A DNA stretch of 64,000 bases. It comes from a virus. A program made the translations under genes and the position numbers. Of the stretch, positions 46,801 to 55,800 are shown piece by piece. Every line of letters begins with the position of its first letter. Position 1 is the first letter of the stretch. The stretch is from the IMG/VR virus record IMGVR_UViG_3300025687_000029, positions 31,667 through 95,666 of that record; one strand, 5' to 3'. The notes below the pieces were generated by a model that saw nothing but the letters and a program-made list of their open reading frames with translations, was not told the origin of the DNA and did not search any database.

Positions 46801-48154
46801 GTATCTGAGTATCATGTAGATTATTCAGTTCTTGATTAATATATTCAGTAGCTTTTGAGACACTGATTGTAGGATTTCCTTGAGTATCTTCTCCAAGAAT
46901 ATCAGTAATAGATTGATAGTTATTAACTACATTATTCTTTACTAATGCAACATCTTTATTAGTTTTAATATCACTTTTAATTGATGATCTAGCTTGCATA
47001 CCACTACCTAAGATAGCTCCTAATGCTACAGATGTTTGAAAATCAACATCATCCATGCTATTAAGATATGTATCTACAATACCTTGAAAATCTGATGCAT
47101 ATTCTTTGGTTTTACCTAAAGCCTTATCTTCATAGTATTTACCAATAGAAAACTGAGAGCCTTCTTCCCAAAATCCTTCTTTAGCTACACCAGTGGGAAT
47201 TTGCATAGCAGCTCTACCTCCTATTTCCTTTAATCCTCTAGTTTTATGAGCAGACTTCATTAAATCAAATCCTCCAAATAAAGTAACTCTATCCATAAGA
47301 TTTGATACAGCAAGTACTCCTAGATTAGCTTTAAATACTCCAGCAGCAGCATCTCCTGCTTTTTGTTTATCACCTGTTTTAGCAAGAATATTATTATATA
47401 TTTCCCTGCCTTCAGATATAGCTTCTATATAAGTATTTGCAGCCGTAGCTATAGCATCATCTGTATACACTCCTGCTTTAGTTGGTAGATTAGCGTATTT
47501 GGCTAATCTAGCGCCCGGCTGTAGTCCTGCAAAACCTTTTATCTTACTAGTTACCTGTACTCCCCTTGCTAATTGACCTGCCTTTCCAATACCTTTAAGT
47601 AATGCTCCAGGAACAAACATTGCAGCTATAAATCCAATACCATCAGCTCCTTCATTAGCCCAAAATTCACCTGATGTTAATTTATCAGTTAAAGTTCCAT
47701 TAGCTACAGATTCTTTAACATATACAGGCATTACTTCTTGCTTCATATATTGTTCAGCCTGATCAATATTTTCTAACCAAGCATTATTTAAAGCAGAATC
47801 TATTTTCTCTTTATCAAAACCTGTAGTGGCCCAATCACCTAATCCAACTAAATATCCGGGTAATTTAACTACTTCAGCTACAGCTTTAGTTGCTGCTCTT
47901 AAAGGAACAGCTCCAACTTCAAATATAGGACCTTGTCTTTCAGCCCTTCTTTGAGTTAGTTTCTCAGGAGTATCAATCTCTCTAGGATAATACCCTGGAT
48001 CATCAAACATTGATTCTCCAAAGTCATCTGTATATATAGATCCAAATACATCTACAGGAGCTGTCTCATCTATACTACCATATGAAGTAACAGGCTGTAC
48101 CTTACCTGATGAAACAGCTTGTTCCATATCTTCTTTCAATCTTTCCTTACTCAT
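37820..48154 (-). CDS. virion-packaged DNA-dependent RNA polymerase (phi14:2 gp66-like) with zincin domain
   Basis: 3444 aa; GSDFDIDKL catalytic loop (~40082-40108), FRIPTQ, YVDAAKDP, HEAFH (44084-44098). Confidence 0.92.
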   Translation of the reverse strand: MSKERLKEDMEQAVSSGKVQPVTSYGSIDETAPVDVFGSIYTDDFGESMFDDPGYYPREIDTPEKLTQRRAERQGPIFEVGAVPLRAATKAVAEVVKLPGYLVGLGDWATTGFDKEKIDSALNNAWLENIDQAEQYMKQEVMPVYVKESVANGTLTDKLTSGEFWANEGADGIGFIAAMFVPGALLKGIGKAGQLARGVQVTSKIKGFAGLQPGARLAKYANLPTKAGVYTDDAIATAANTYIEAISEGREIYNNILAKTGDKQKAGDAAAGVFKANLGVLAVSNLMDRVTLFGGFDLMKSAHKTRGLKEIGGRAAMQIPTGVAKEGFWEEGSQFSIGKYYEDKALGKTKEYASDFQGIVDTYLNSMDDVDFQTSVALGAILGSGMQARSSIKSDIKTNKDVALVKNNVVNNYQSITDILGEDTQGNPTISVSKATEYINQELNNLHDTQILDAAAMNNNREAFDYVKNIKDFNVIYPAIKEGYSQEQIETYIREYAAKQKEEGTNAGIPQEYFDNVEQDLLNKIPEYKKIVETANKDHVANFGNFQVKETDDIQKIGNFSNLVLNNRITESLNQKFLINKSEELRNDIGSDLKYNEEGKVDIKATKDSISNNESLTDSEKTDLNKKADTLDTYRKDIVKSRERQSKLNDNDYLRKQFNQKNSIDDKVDKEGENIKSKAKMDSIPEGQYLKDDSGNFYITTKDKIGNTVLKDIKNPNKKIKLNSPEELNQYTPISPEQGVIYDESKIVDPLEKVFAEQEVKKAKKVEAETKEDITKEKSTNDVETIENKFEDEDFKTVKRSIANTANGTSVRSHFTEEGRDVLTNNPEALRLAEFTDKQDVTKYHVRYSLSVPGIELPEASSEGDVFLTIGTYSKGEFTPVDVNGNAIEFSEVGEKGIVTYMTNPKESNEFGKTYYTPEGITEQEADELFQEQTKQYYKDKTALIEKLQKGESFVSQITNKSRGIQVYSFNESGLLETRPVTEIAKPGNSQLYVATNNKIELPNGETIQGKPGFPYIFNETTGNIHFVNSRVLNDNERQNIIDTFKYWVSQQSVDKRYKTPQVKVKTVEIQGQNIYDYLKSIVYFTGDDAISNFYRVNNNTGGAIILNKNTESPIDIIDPASLEGELRLNPELEDALNDYLRTSYHQVSNKILERYGGKDFKLIESFDKNGKPKIKTFKVRDGGYKKYLYDNVLVTSLTNKTITTEVGDKTLEISEPRFKNQYLIYDRTHRESLAPIEEAETIPQEDQPTKDDIVTNTDDIQDLINEFSTDAKLANDFEADDTKLTELDYRLAPEENKVSKLDVEAAQRYLNSRFGDTELKVVKGLIDNKAWGKFTKAGVELSDIASTDTVYHEAFHIVSKLYLTDTQRKQLYDTWREENDSDLSDAKVEEKLAEEYRKYVNSLKQPKGFIGRVFKAIKAFINKFRKFSTETPLDLFKAIDNGYFKYRNPVNTSTQELYRVIPGTSQSFTNEALNSINYLFFREIFHPDNMGKTFKQFKKMSGPELQTVYGRVKETLGGYIRKYGEDLKIATTEAQKQQLINNIQNISTIIKSLNNSSSKDSIVDIHTEHLRQMGITIDLEEMFNEDPDKGRDSAGNHWAEVSIKVSAKDTATTEVKTILSAIPAAEKLGNGQIANAYTSFGTPRAIDYNTISNMLFNKLADAVSEEDMLVRMIELKQVNPEVGPVINYFKVGEDNLNVDDRIILNKFYNTFNKQNIKYTGVKIDSDRNQAVHLDPTLQSRMKTAQTTWSSNINGTSKMKVSDEGAVYSDKFVDSLEQPGDTIEDKIIFLKNLGIEFTNFTGTPKQFRSLPDEMNASRFKTLTNSVYKNIKEGKTKNLFNDNLSINDEARKFYERLEALTSINIVENSHRNREGDKLYNISLHSNMSKTSSVLNAVSTKDELLKLYPHFADKSLNNSELLRNGGAIFDEDGNKRSNVNTDVAVEIYEDFSTFGDNQGDLFESLAPSDKGVMYIESTMKDKYPMLRASDNKLFRVISMPGVFTNDKGTILDQLVGYLEDEMIKWVSLKDRTEFYQYEDKLNSGPMIDIVKNSGNEELIVAFNEAMDGTREDVKSFIEEFNTDSFISSGNELSLRKLMELFLDVRQKKNIDEFLRIGTITKQKDYYNYLGKKMSEDKLNEFMAEYSARDFIGNIEQTKFFFGSPAYYKNTDNFFKRLSGPIGTKELPNTSRNLNNWINTNFKRLDGKINDIDVPSITTMTFGDKKVPSRYLEEYRKVLGEDVADRYYGYHIDKKGNKIYHMNEGDGQGYISLDEYRDLLFRMGKWDMDIQEPLYQWEIKYQEASPEQRVKLLESKPEGVFNPQKFQYFAPLKESEFIPAFYKLSLAPIIPSVAQDTEMEKLMQYMTSKQIGIAVFESANKIGAKVTELGGNPQNIFNEDFSIADLEGALTQNTYTGEWGIQVNIEQKVKDTVTTGTQEMKHIIDALRDDNGNFKEMTFRDTKATTEEIYNEYISLNNQRIQLGFDNLLDRLGLKLVDGKYESKDNFTAFKELIKDELLSRGTIEDRINMVDKINNIGIDVLSNRTQLESILYSIADKSSIRQKRTGGMKIQVSVSMMEGYKNAVDKIEVGDKKFQAADLKFYTRRDSKGRELKFVEQAEVYIPSYFKKKGIEIGEITDPRLLEILGFRIPTQGLNSIESLIIKDFLPEEAGDIIILPSEIVAKAGSDFDIDKLNIYTPNVYYDFDNNPVYLEGDYETYKDRVKNPMNRSKFELQKVENKLVELKHKIVTSPQNFERLISPIAADNMEGLADYISWLQEGKPGELKDYKRIKEVTWTQAFGLVNSLDKAAELLGAKSGVGIAANASTSHINFVHAGLGIESVITAKVGRKFLPISTKLFLESNSTEDGSIPLSKNTNKANENIQNLFNELISSYVDAAKDPYVFTINAGPKTANLFIYLLRAGIPLKTVGLFMNQPIIRDMQSQLENLGSLSYDTTRQAGDIRYKKEVVQRLIEKYGGPTDFELENAQINDRDLFTNDQLEDMISTSKLNNTQKRLQTLILQDYLRYELAADKVKELVTATSYDTKPPKNTSDLLYKNVVTDKVMRSTDFINADKLISEGSFLEGYKNIFKELESAYTPFIYALRNPILKDTLDSFISMYSHPSVKMSYDDKIKALDKLITEYYTYSLIEGTQDIVDEQDNIIKPALKSRYAELFTGNKSVPRRLKEAQSDAKYKNNPLIKVLIPVIRGENEISNITMLYRYTDKITEESLVTGWNELLDSDTQANPLGEDLLDFIILQSGKLESPMNFLSFVPGELFLERMTNAIENIKNLPLDSFINDFYSNNYRDHSIVPKNFAVDSLPFFKKWSAKLNDWFVEPNEDWGFGTMPGTNFQPKGIKKFFEFKSVVDYRGEEITNSNRVNDPIEIKLNRVYRELIEDEAVQELRGIKTQQENEIKFTEDEPTVTDIPSDEEVDENLDNCNLTELDL

Positions 48155-50289
48155 TATAATCCAGTTTGTGATTTTGATTCAGAGCCTCTTTTTTCTATAG
48201 GCATACTTCCTTTTGAATTAACTAAAGCGTTATAGTAGATGGAAGGGTCAGCTAAAACAGCTCCTTCTTGAGTTAATTCATTAATAATCTGATTAGATGT
48301 ATTACCTCTGGAATACATATTAGATATTCTATTATTTAATTGTTGTGCAGTCATATTAGGATGTTCCATAACTACAGGCCCTTGTTTAGTTCTTAAATGA
48401 GCAACAGGTCCTTTTAATCCACTTGTAATTTTAAATAAATTCCAACTTGTATTACCATTAGGATCAACTGTTTTAGTAATAGGTTGTCTAATTTCCTGAG
48501 AAGCTAATTCAAACTTGCCAATATTATCTAATCCTCTTGAGATGTTAGCTGACATTGGTATAAATAAGTCATCCTTTCCATTGGTTGTAAATAAACCGAA
48601 GCCTTTATTTGCATCATATCTTATTTTGAATTGGGGATCCGGTTTATAGAATTCTTTACCTACATCAGTATAATCATCACCTTCTACAACTTTCCACTCC
48701 CCTGAATTAGCATCTCTTGTATAAACTGTTCCTTCAGATCCTACATTTGATAGATTTCTTCCTTCTTTATCATTTAATAAATTCTCAGAGTTTTTAAATA
48801 CTACATCTGAGTACATAGGAGATAATTCTATTGGTCTTGTTCCAGTTTGAATTAAAGGATTAACGTTATCAACTAATGTTCTAGCATCCATATCTGCAAA
48901 TGAATCATCTATTAATTTATAAACATCTAAACTTTCTGCTGCTTTATTACTTTCTTTTCTAAACTTAGCCAGGTTAAAATTAGAATCTTCCATAGCAGTT
49001 GTTAGTTCACTTTTAACTTTAGCTTTATATTCAGCCCAGTCATCAGTAGACATATCTTCAGGTTTAGTTTTCATACCTGAATTTATAATATTATCTGCGA
49101 AAGATCTATAGTCTGAAGTATCCATTTTACCAAGTTCTGATTTCAAGTTATCACCTGTCACCAATTCCATTGTAGTACGTAAAATATTAAACGGATTATT
49201 CCAAATTGCATCTAAATTACTACCAACAAAAGCCTCTACAGGTCCCATAGAAGCTCCGGATTTAAGCGAAAAACTAGATAAAGTATTATCATCTATAGCC
49301 TTACTCAGATTAGGATATTTAGTATCAAATTCAACTAATTTACCTGACTTATCAATAAAGTTATCAGGAATACCTAACTTCTTAGCTCCTGTCTCAGTTG
49401 ATGGATAATTTGTTGTATCTAAATAACCCATAAAGTTGTTTTTACTTCCTTGTGTTTCTTTAGGAGCAAACATAGGTTTAACATTCTGTTCACTGAATCT
49501 ATATTGATCAGCTACATTACCAGCCATTCCTTGAAGCATTTCATAAGCACCTTCACCATATCTACCTTGCAATTGTTTCCATTCAGGAGTAGTCATATAA
49601 TTTTCTATTACTCCCTGCATAGCTATATCTATATTAGCATTATTAGATCTAGTAGTTCCATATTGAATATAATTACCCATCATTTGAGCAACTTCCCCCT
49701 CGGTGACCGGTCTACCTAAAACACTACTCATATTAGCTTTAATAGAACCAAATGCTTCTCTAAGAGGAGCTTCATAGTTTAATTGTTTAGTTGCCATTAT
49801 ATCATAGTCTGTAAGAGGTCTATAATTACCAAACTCATCTGTAAGAGATCCAAATCTCTGATCTAAATCTGTAATATATTCCCCTGTAGCTGTTTGATAT
49901 AGTGGAGACTGTCCTTGTAAAGCCATCTTTTGTCCAGCTTCCATAGCTCTTTGATAACCCTCTGTTCTAGCTTTATCAGCTTGCCAATAAGGATCTTTTC
50001 TATTCTGAACTATAAGATCCATTATATCATCCCTAGCATCAGATAGATTTCCTTGGTATCTTTCATTCATAGAGAAGAAATCATCTCTTAAACTATCCAA
50101 TCTTCTCTGTTTTTCTACAGGATCTAAAGTTGGACTATCCATAATGTTAGAGACGTATTTATTATAGCTTGCTATAGCAGATTCATGTCTCTGACTCCTG
50201 GCATCATAACCTTGAAAGATTCTATCTAAGTTGGTAGGATCAGTCTTAAAATCCCTAAATGCTAATAATTGAGGTCCGTATGTTGGCAT
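48154..50289 (-). CDS. virion ejection protein (putative)
   Basis: 711 aa, upstream of the vRNAP gene with TAATG coupling; crAss-like synteny. Confidence 0.65.
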   Translation of the reverse strand: MPTYGPQLLAFRDFKTDPTNLDRIFQGYDARSQRHESAIASYNKYVSNIMDSPTLDPVEKQRRLDSLRDDFFSMNERYQGNLSDARDDIMDLIVQNRKDPYWQADKARTEGYQRAMEAGQKMALQGQSPLYQTATGEYITDLDQRFGSLTDEFGNYRPLTDYDIMATKQLNYEAPLREAFGSIKANMSSVLGRPVTEGEVAQMMGNYIQYGTTRSNNANIDIAMQGVIENYMTTPEWKQLQGRYGEGAYEMLQGMAGNVADQYRFSEQNVKPMFAPKETQGSKNNFMGYLDTTNYPSTETGAKKLGIPDNFIDKSGKLVEFDTKYPNLSKAIDDNTLSSFSLKSGASMGPVEAFVGSNLDAIWNNPFNILRTTMELVTGDNLKSELGKMDTSDYRSFADNIINSGMKTKPEDMSTDDWAEYKAKVKSELTTAMEDSNFNLAKFRKESNKAAESLDVYKLIDDSFADMDARTLVDNVNPLIQTGTRPIELSPMYSDVVFKNSENLLNDKEGRNLSNVGSEGTVYTRDANSGEWKVVEGDDYTDVGKEFYKPDPQFKIRYDANKGFGLFTTNGKDDLFIPMSANISRGLDNIGKFELASQEIRQPITKTVDPNGNTSWNLFKITSGLKGPVAHLRTKQGPVVMEHPNMTAQQLNNRISNMYSRGNTSNQIINELTQEGAVLADPSIYYNALVNSKGSMPIEKRGSESKSQTGL

Positions 50290-51887
50290 TATTTTCTCTT
50301 TTTTAATTTACCTCCACATCTAAATACATATCCTTTATCTTTATAATATGAAGTTAGATTTGGATCTATTCTTTCGGGGAATTGGTTAAATGGGTCAAAT
50401 GATTGCATTGGATCAGGATCATAAGGTAATACTCCAGTAGCTTCTGACGGTGTAATGCGCCAGGATCTACCAACAAAACCTGGTTTAAGAGGACTGTTTA
50501 AATCATTAAGATTATTATCAATTAGCGGTTTTGCATTTCCATCTTTTCGGACAGGAGTTTCATCATACGGTCTTATATTTTTCTCAAAATCTGATCTCTC
50601 ATATACATATGGATTTTCATCATACGTTGCTAATTGTCCAGTTGTTTGAGTAGTTGGTGATGAAGGAATACTCTGCTTGCTTCTTCTGGCTACATACTTA
50701 CCGTCTTTGTTAAACATATAATCAGGATTATAAGATTGCATTTCTAATTCTAACATTTCGTTTTGCTTCAACCTATCTATTAAATTCCCAACATTCCTAC
50801 CTATAGTAGAAGCTGTTTGAAAGTTACCTTCATCAACATATCTTCTGTCTTCATAGTTTTGAAGATCTTCCCTTAATCCTATATTAGCTTTAGCTATTTG
50901 ATTCTGACCAAATATAGCAGCATTTCTATTAGCTTCTGCTTCTTGAGATGCAGCTAAATTTCTATCCAGATTAGATTGTAATCCCGTTTGCATAGCTAAA
51001 GCATTTGCAGCAGCTTGACCAGATCCACTAGATATATTCTTTAGATTTTGCAAACCTACATTTCTAGCTACGGTAGCGTCTCTTCTAGCTTGCTCTCTTT
51101 GATTCTCATAACTAACATAACCTGGAGCTGGTCTATCAAATGTTAATGGATCTTCTTTAAATTTATGTGCTAATAGAGGTGCTGTAGTTGCAGCAGTGGC
51201 TCCTATATCATACATAGGATTAATTTGATAAGGATCTATTTGATTCTCTACAGTTTGCCATTGACCTTGTTGTGCTGGTTTAGCTTGCACTACAGGTTCT
51301 CCTTTAGGTCCTGTAATATCAAAAGTAGTTCCAGCAAATCTTCTACCAAAATACTGAGGGAGATTACTTCCCGTATCAGTATCACCTGAACCAAAAGACT
51401 GAGCTAGTATCTCATATTTATCAGCAACTCCTGTTAATGTATCATATGCCCCTTGTAGTTCTTTATATTGTTCAGGGGTTAATGCTCTTTTAATTTCTAA
51501 ATCAGTTAAATCTCCTTCTTTATTTCTTATAGCTGCTAATATTCCTTGGTATTTCTCAAATACTAGGTCAGCTTCTCTAGCTTTATTAGCATCTGCCTCT
51601 TCAATTTCTACCGTTTGTTCTGATAAATTATTAGGATCTTCAGAAGTAGCTCCGTAATATCTAAAAGTATAACCACCCTTTTCATACTTTCTTCTCATAC
51701 TACCACCATACTTAAATTGATTAGTGGGAATTTGTTGAGCTTTAATAGTTTCTTGTTGATCTCTAAGTCTGGATAATTCTCTCTTCATTGAAGAAATTGC
51801 TATTCTATCACCTTTATCAACTCTAGCTTTATACTTATTCTTTATTTCTTTTGCCTTATCAGCAAATGTTATTTGTTTTTTAGCCAT
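50289..51887 (-). CDS. virion cargo/ejection protein with xxGG motifs
   Basis: ATG 51887 (MAKKQITFADKAK); FKYGG, YEKGG, FRCGG motifs; A/Q/N-rich helix. Confidence 0.7.
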   Translation of the reverse strand: MAKKQITFADKAKEIKNKYKARVDKGDRIAISSMKRELSRLRDQQETIKAQQIPTNQFKYGGSMRRKYEKGGYTFRYYGATSEDPNNLSEQTVEIEEADANKAREADLVFEKYQGILAAIRNKEGDLTDLEIKRALTPEQYKELQGAYDTLTGVADKYEILAQSFGSGDTDTGSNLPQYFGRRFAGTTFDITGPKGEPVVQAKPAQQGQWQTVENQIDPYQINPMYDIGATAATTAPLLAHKFKEDPLTFDRPAPGYVSYENQREQARRDATVARNVGLQNLKNISSGSGQAAANALAMQTGLQSNLDRNLAASQEAEANRNAAIFGQNQIAKANIGLREDLQNYEDRRYVDEGNFQTASTIGRNVGNLIDRLKQNEMLELEMQSYNPDYMFNKDGKYVARRSKQSIPSSPTTQTTGQLATYDENPYVYERSDFEKNIRPYDETPVRKDGNAKPLIDNNLNDLNSPLKPGFVGRSWRITPSEATGVLPYDPDPMQSFDPFNQFPERIDPNLTSYYKDKGYVFRCGGKLKKRK

Positions 51888-52839
51888 TATATGCAATTTT
51901 ATCAGAGAATATATAATCGTCCAATTTAACTTCTCCTCCTTCAACTTCAGTATTTGAACCTATAGGAATACCTCCTTGATTATGATCAGGTCCATAATAA
52001 TCTATAGTATTTACAGGATTAGTTAAAGAAGTTCCTGGAATATCTTTCTGTATATTACCTCCCTCTGCATATGACATCTTACCTCCATTCTTCAATTGAA
52101 AGGTATTACCATAAGCAGATTGATTATATTGATTACTATTAAAGAAATTATAATTCTGATCAAAGAGTTTTTGTCTTCTTGCTGCTTCTAATTGATTAAC
52201 TCTGGCAGCTTCTGCCTCTTCTAAGTTTTCTTGATATACAGCTCCTTGAATTGCAGTACCTACACCAGGACCTAATAGCATACCAATAATACTTGCAGCT
52301 TTATCACCGGAATCAGAGTATTCATTTTCTAATGAAGATACTCCAGAATAAAAAGGATCAAATAATGAACCCACATATCCTCCAGCAGTAGCAGCTCCTA
52401 TATCTTCATACTTACCTGTATTCTCATTAATAGCTTCAGCTTCTTGTCTAATAGGACCGCCTATAGCATGACCTAAACCAGAAACACCACTTATTACTCC
52501 TCCAACAGGTCCAGCCATACCTACAGCACCCATAACAGCATCATAGGTAGCATCTTGAGGTTGTTGTTGATAACCACTAATAGAGTCAATTGCAGAACCT
52601 GCTAATCCGGCATAAGCCCCAATAGTACCCATAGTATTGGTAGTATTCTGACCATAACCGGAAGAATCTAAAGCTGTAGGTTGTTTTGCAGCAGTATTAA
52701 GAGTTTCATTATATTGCAAACCTACTCCTCCAATATTAGATGTAATCTCTAAAGGTTCCATCTGGAATCCTCCACCCTTATTAAACTTTTTTCTTTGATT
52801 ATATTCTTTATATTTTCTAAAAGTTTCCGCGTAACTCAT
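51880..52839 (-). CDS. Gly/Ala-rich virion cargo protein
   Basis: Glycine-zipper-like segments; GPDHNQGGI...EVEGGE...YIFSD C-terminal motif. Confidence 0.75.
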   Translation of the reverse strand: MSYAETFRKYKEYNQRKKFNKGGGFQMEPLEITSNIGGVGLQYNETLNTAAKQPTALDSSGYGQNTTNTMGTIGAYAGLAGSAIDSISGYQQQPQDATYDAVMGAVGMAGPVGGVISGVSGLGHAIGGPIRQEAEAINENTGKYEDIGAATAGGYVGSLFDPFYSGVSSLENEYSDSGDKAASIIGMLLGPGVGTAIQGAVYQENLEEAEAARVNQLEAARRQKLFDQNYNFFNSNQYNQSAYGNTFQLKNGGKMSYAEGGNIQKDIPGTSLTNPVNTIDYYGPDHNQGGIPIGSNTEVEGGEVKLDDYIFSDKIAYNG

Positions 52840-52843
52840 AATA

Positions 52844-52851
52844 CAAAAATA
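52844..52851 (-). promoter_or_regulatory. Bacteroidota -7 element TATTTTTG upstream of the cargo/vRNAP operon
   Basis: TAnnTTTG on the - strand, in one of the few intergenic gaps of the late arm, 4 nt before ATG 52839. Confidence 0.55.
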
Positions 52852-52868
52852 AATAAACTTTTTAATAA

Positions 52869-55800
52869 TTACAATTGAGTAGTTCTAATATCTCTCAAAT
52901 AACTGTTTATATTTCCTAATTCAAAATATCTAGGTACAGAGGGACTACTTGGTAAAACACTACTGTCAAAGGTTAATTCAATAATAAAATAATAATTCCT
53001 TAATCTTGAATCTCTTTGATTGGTAGATCTAGTATCTCTAAAATAATTATATCTCCATTGTCGGACCTTTCTAACAATCCATCTTCTACCTCTAGCTGTA
53101 TTAGTAGTTAGGTTAATAGTTCCTGTATCATGAAGATCATCATAAGCTCTAATAGATGTAATAGTTTCATCTTGAATAATCTTATCAAATATATCTGATA
53201 CTGAAGGATCTTCAACTCTAGAATTAAATTCTATACTGTCTAATATAGTAGTTCTATCTTTAAATGGATTGACAACTAGTGTCAATTTCAACGGATTATA
53301 AAAATCATAGAAAGTATTTTGATCCCCTACATCTTCAACATATAACTCTTCTGTAGGTAAATATCCATCTGCTCTAGGAGTACTTAAAGTAATTTGATTA
53401 CCTGGAAAATACATAAAAGGAACTGAATAATTACTACCATTTAAATTTGTTATAGATGTAAATGCTTTAATCTTATCATTTAATCTAATTACAAAAGCTT
53501 GATTGCTAATATCTGAAACTCCATCAATAGTAAACTGAAATGCCATTTCAGCTTCTCTATATTTATGATTATATACAGAATCTACTCCAACTAATAAATC
53601 ATTACCTGATGATGCAATATTAAAGTTTATATCTGAAAAATAAGAAAATAATCCTTTTATATCACTGATTCCTCCATTAGCATTTGATATATAATTAATA
53701 GTATTATTATTCCTATCATAATAATAAATAGTTTCAGGAGTTGATACTACAGACCATTTATGTAATGTACCTGAGTTTTTAGTTATATAAGTTGAATAAG
53801 GTAATACTCCTCCTGTTCCTAATACTATTGATTGTCCTGTATCATCTTGTACAGTAGATTTCTCATTTACTGCTAATCTACTAATGCCATCATTTTGAAA
53901 TGCATACACATGATCTCTATGGGTTATTAGTCTAGTTAATTCTCCTGATACAGTATCTAGATCAAGAAATTCATTTGCTCCAAATTTAGTCCAAGAATCA
54001 GCAAATTCTCCTAAAAATTTCTTCTGAGACGCTAAAACTCTAGATGTAAACTCTCTACCTAGATTTTCATTTGTTGCTACTGATTGAGATATATAAGTAC
54101 TATCAGACTTACTAAAGACAGTATTATATAGGTATAAGTCTTCTAACTGAATTATACCTCCAGTATAACAAGTAGTTCCTGGATTTGCTGCTTGACGAGC
54201 TTCTGCAAACAAGTTTATATTATATTCATCTGAATATGTTGGAATATAGGAATCATGTCTAAGATTAGTATTAACAGTTGATTCACATGGAAATGTTATA
54301 AGATTTGTATAAGATAATGGATTTCCTGTGACTGCTACACTTTTATCTGATTCAGACTTAGGTAGTGTTACTTTTATATGCTGATATAAATTAATAAATG
54401 TATCTCCTCCAAAAACTGTTTTTCCTAGAGTTATTGTAGTATTGTTTAATCCTCTGGTTACTGTATATGCAGAAAAATATTGATTATCTGTGTGTTCATC
54501 TATACTAATATAATTATCACAAAACTGATAGGTATTTAATTCTCTTGCAGTGGTTTCTACTCCTCCATATGGAATAGTAGCTCTTACATAGTCTGATAGA
54601 ATTAGATATGTACCATCTGTAGCATTTAAAGTATTAAGAGGTATATCATCCAATCTCATATAAAAAGACTTAGCATTTAGATTGTATATATCTCCTCCTG
54701 TAGAAGAGGACCAAGCAACAAAATCATTTTGATTACTAAAATAAGTACCCCCTGATGAAATTAAGGCTCCGTCTTCAACATTAGAATTTTTTGTTAATAG
54801 ATCTGTATATAATGTAGGAGTGCCTCCAAAATCAGAATAAATTGAACTGAACGAACTTATAAATTGTTTACCTACATATAGATAAGATGTTGGATTAGAT
54901 ATAACAGTTTTTGATAATTGACAAGTATCTAACGCTACAGATGGAAGCCAGTTTTCTCCAGTAGTAGTATTTAACCATCTTACATGAGTCATTAAGTCAA
55001 AATTAACAGCATTTCCTACTCTTTCAACAACACCAACAGGCTGTACAAAAGAATCATTAAACAGCTTTAAGTTATCATTAAATGAAGCTTCAGGACTAAT
55101 CCACTCATAGTTAGTATAATCCCTGTAATCCCAATTAGAATTTACAGCAGGATCAATTACTCCTGAATAAACATATAGAGAGTTTATATTAGCTTTGACC
55201 CCATCAAAAGATTTACAGATCTTACCTTGATCACCAGCTCCTGCACCTCCTTCTTTAGAAGCTCCGGCAGTAGTAAATGACCTTAATGTATTTAAAAGAC
55301 CTTGACCTAAATTGATTCTATCTACCCCACGTTCACACCTTACAATTGCATATCCTTGTATCTCATCCTCAACATCAGAGCCATTAAAATCTATATTAAA
55401 ATCTATACCTAAAGCATTTGCAGTAGATATAACAGGATCTGAAGTTGAAGTACCCCCTGATAATTCAACTATTTCAAAATCATTATTTGTAGTTCCTCCA
55501 ATTCCATTAGTACCCATTACAGGAGTTCTAATATCTCCTATCCATTTAGGTTTTGAAGGAACTCCTTTTTTATCAAATACTACTAAAGCAAATCTGTATA
55601 TTTCATTTCTTTTATACTGCTTATAATAAGCAGAATTATAAGGAGAGGAATAACTGGAAGGACCAATACCTAACTCATCTTTATTTGCCTTGGTATCTAT
55701 TATATGACTTGTAGGTATTCCAGATAAACTGTCATATGCTAAATATGCAGTTGTAAATGGAGCTGTAGTACCTGGAGTATATATTCTCTCATCAATTATT

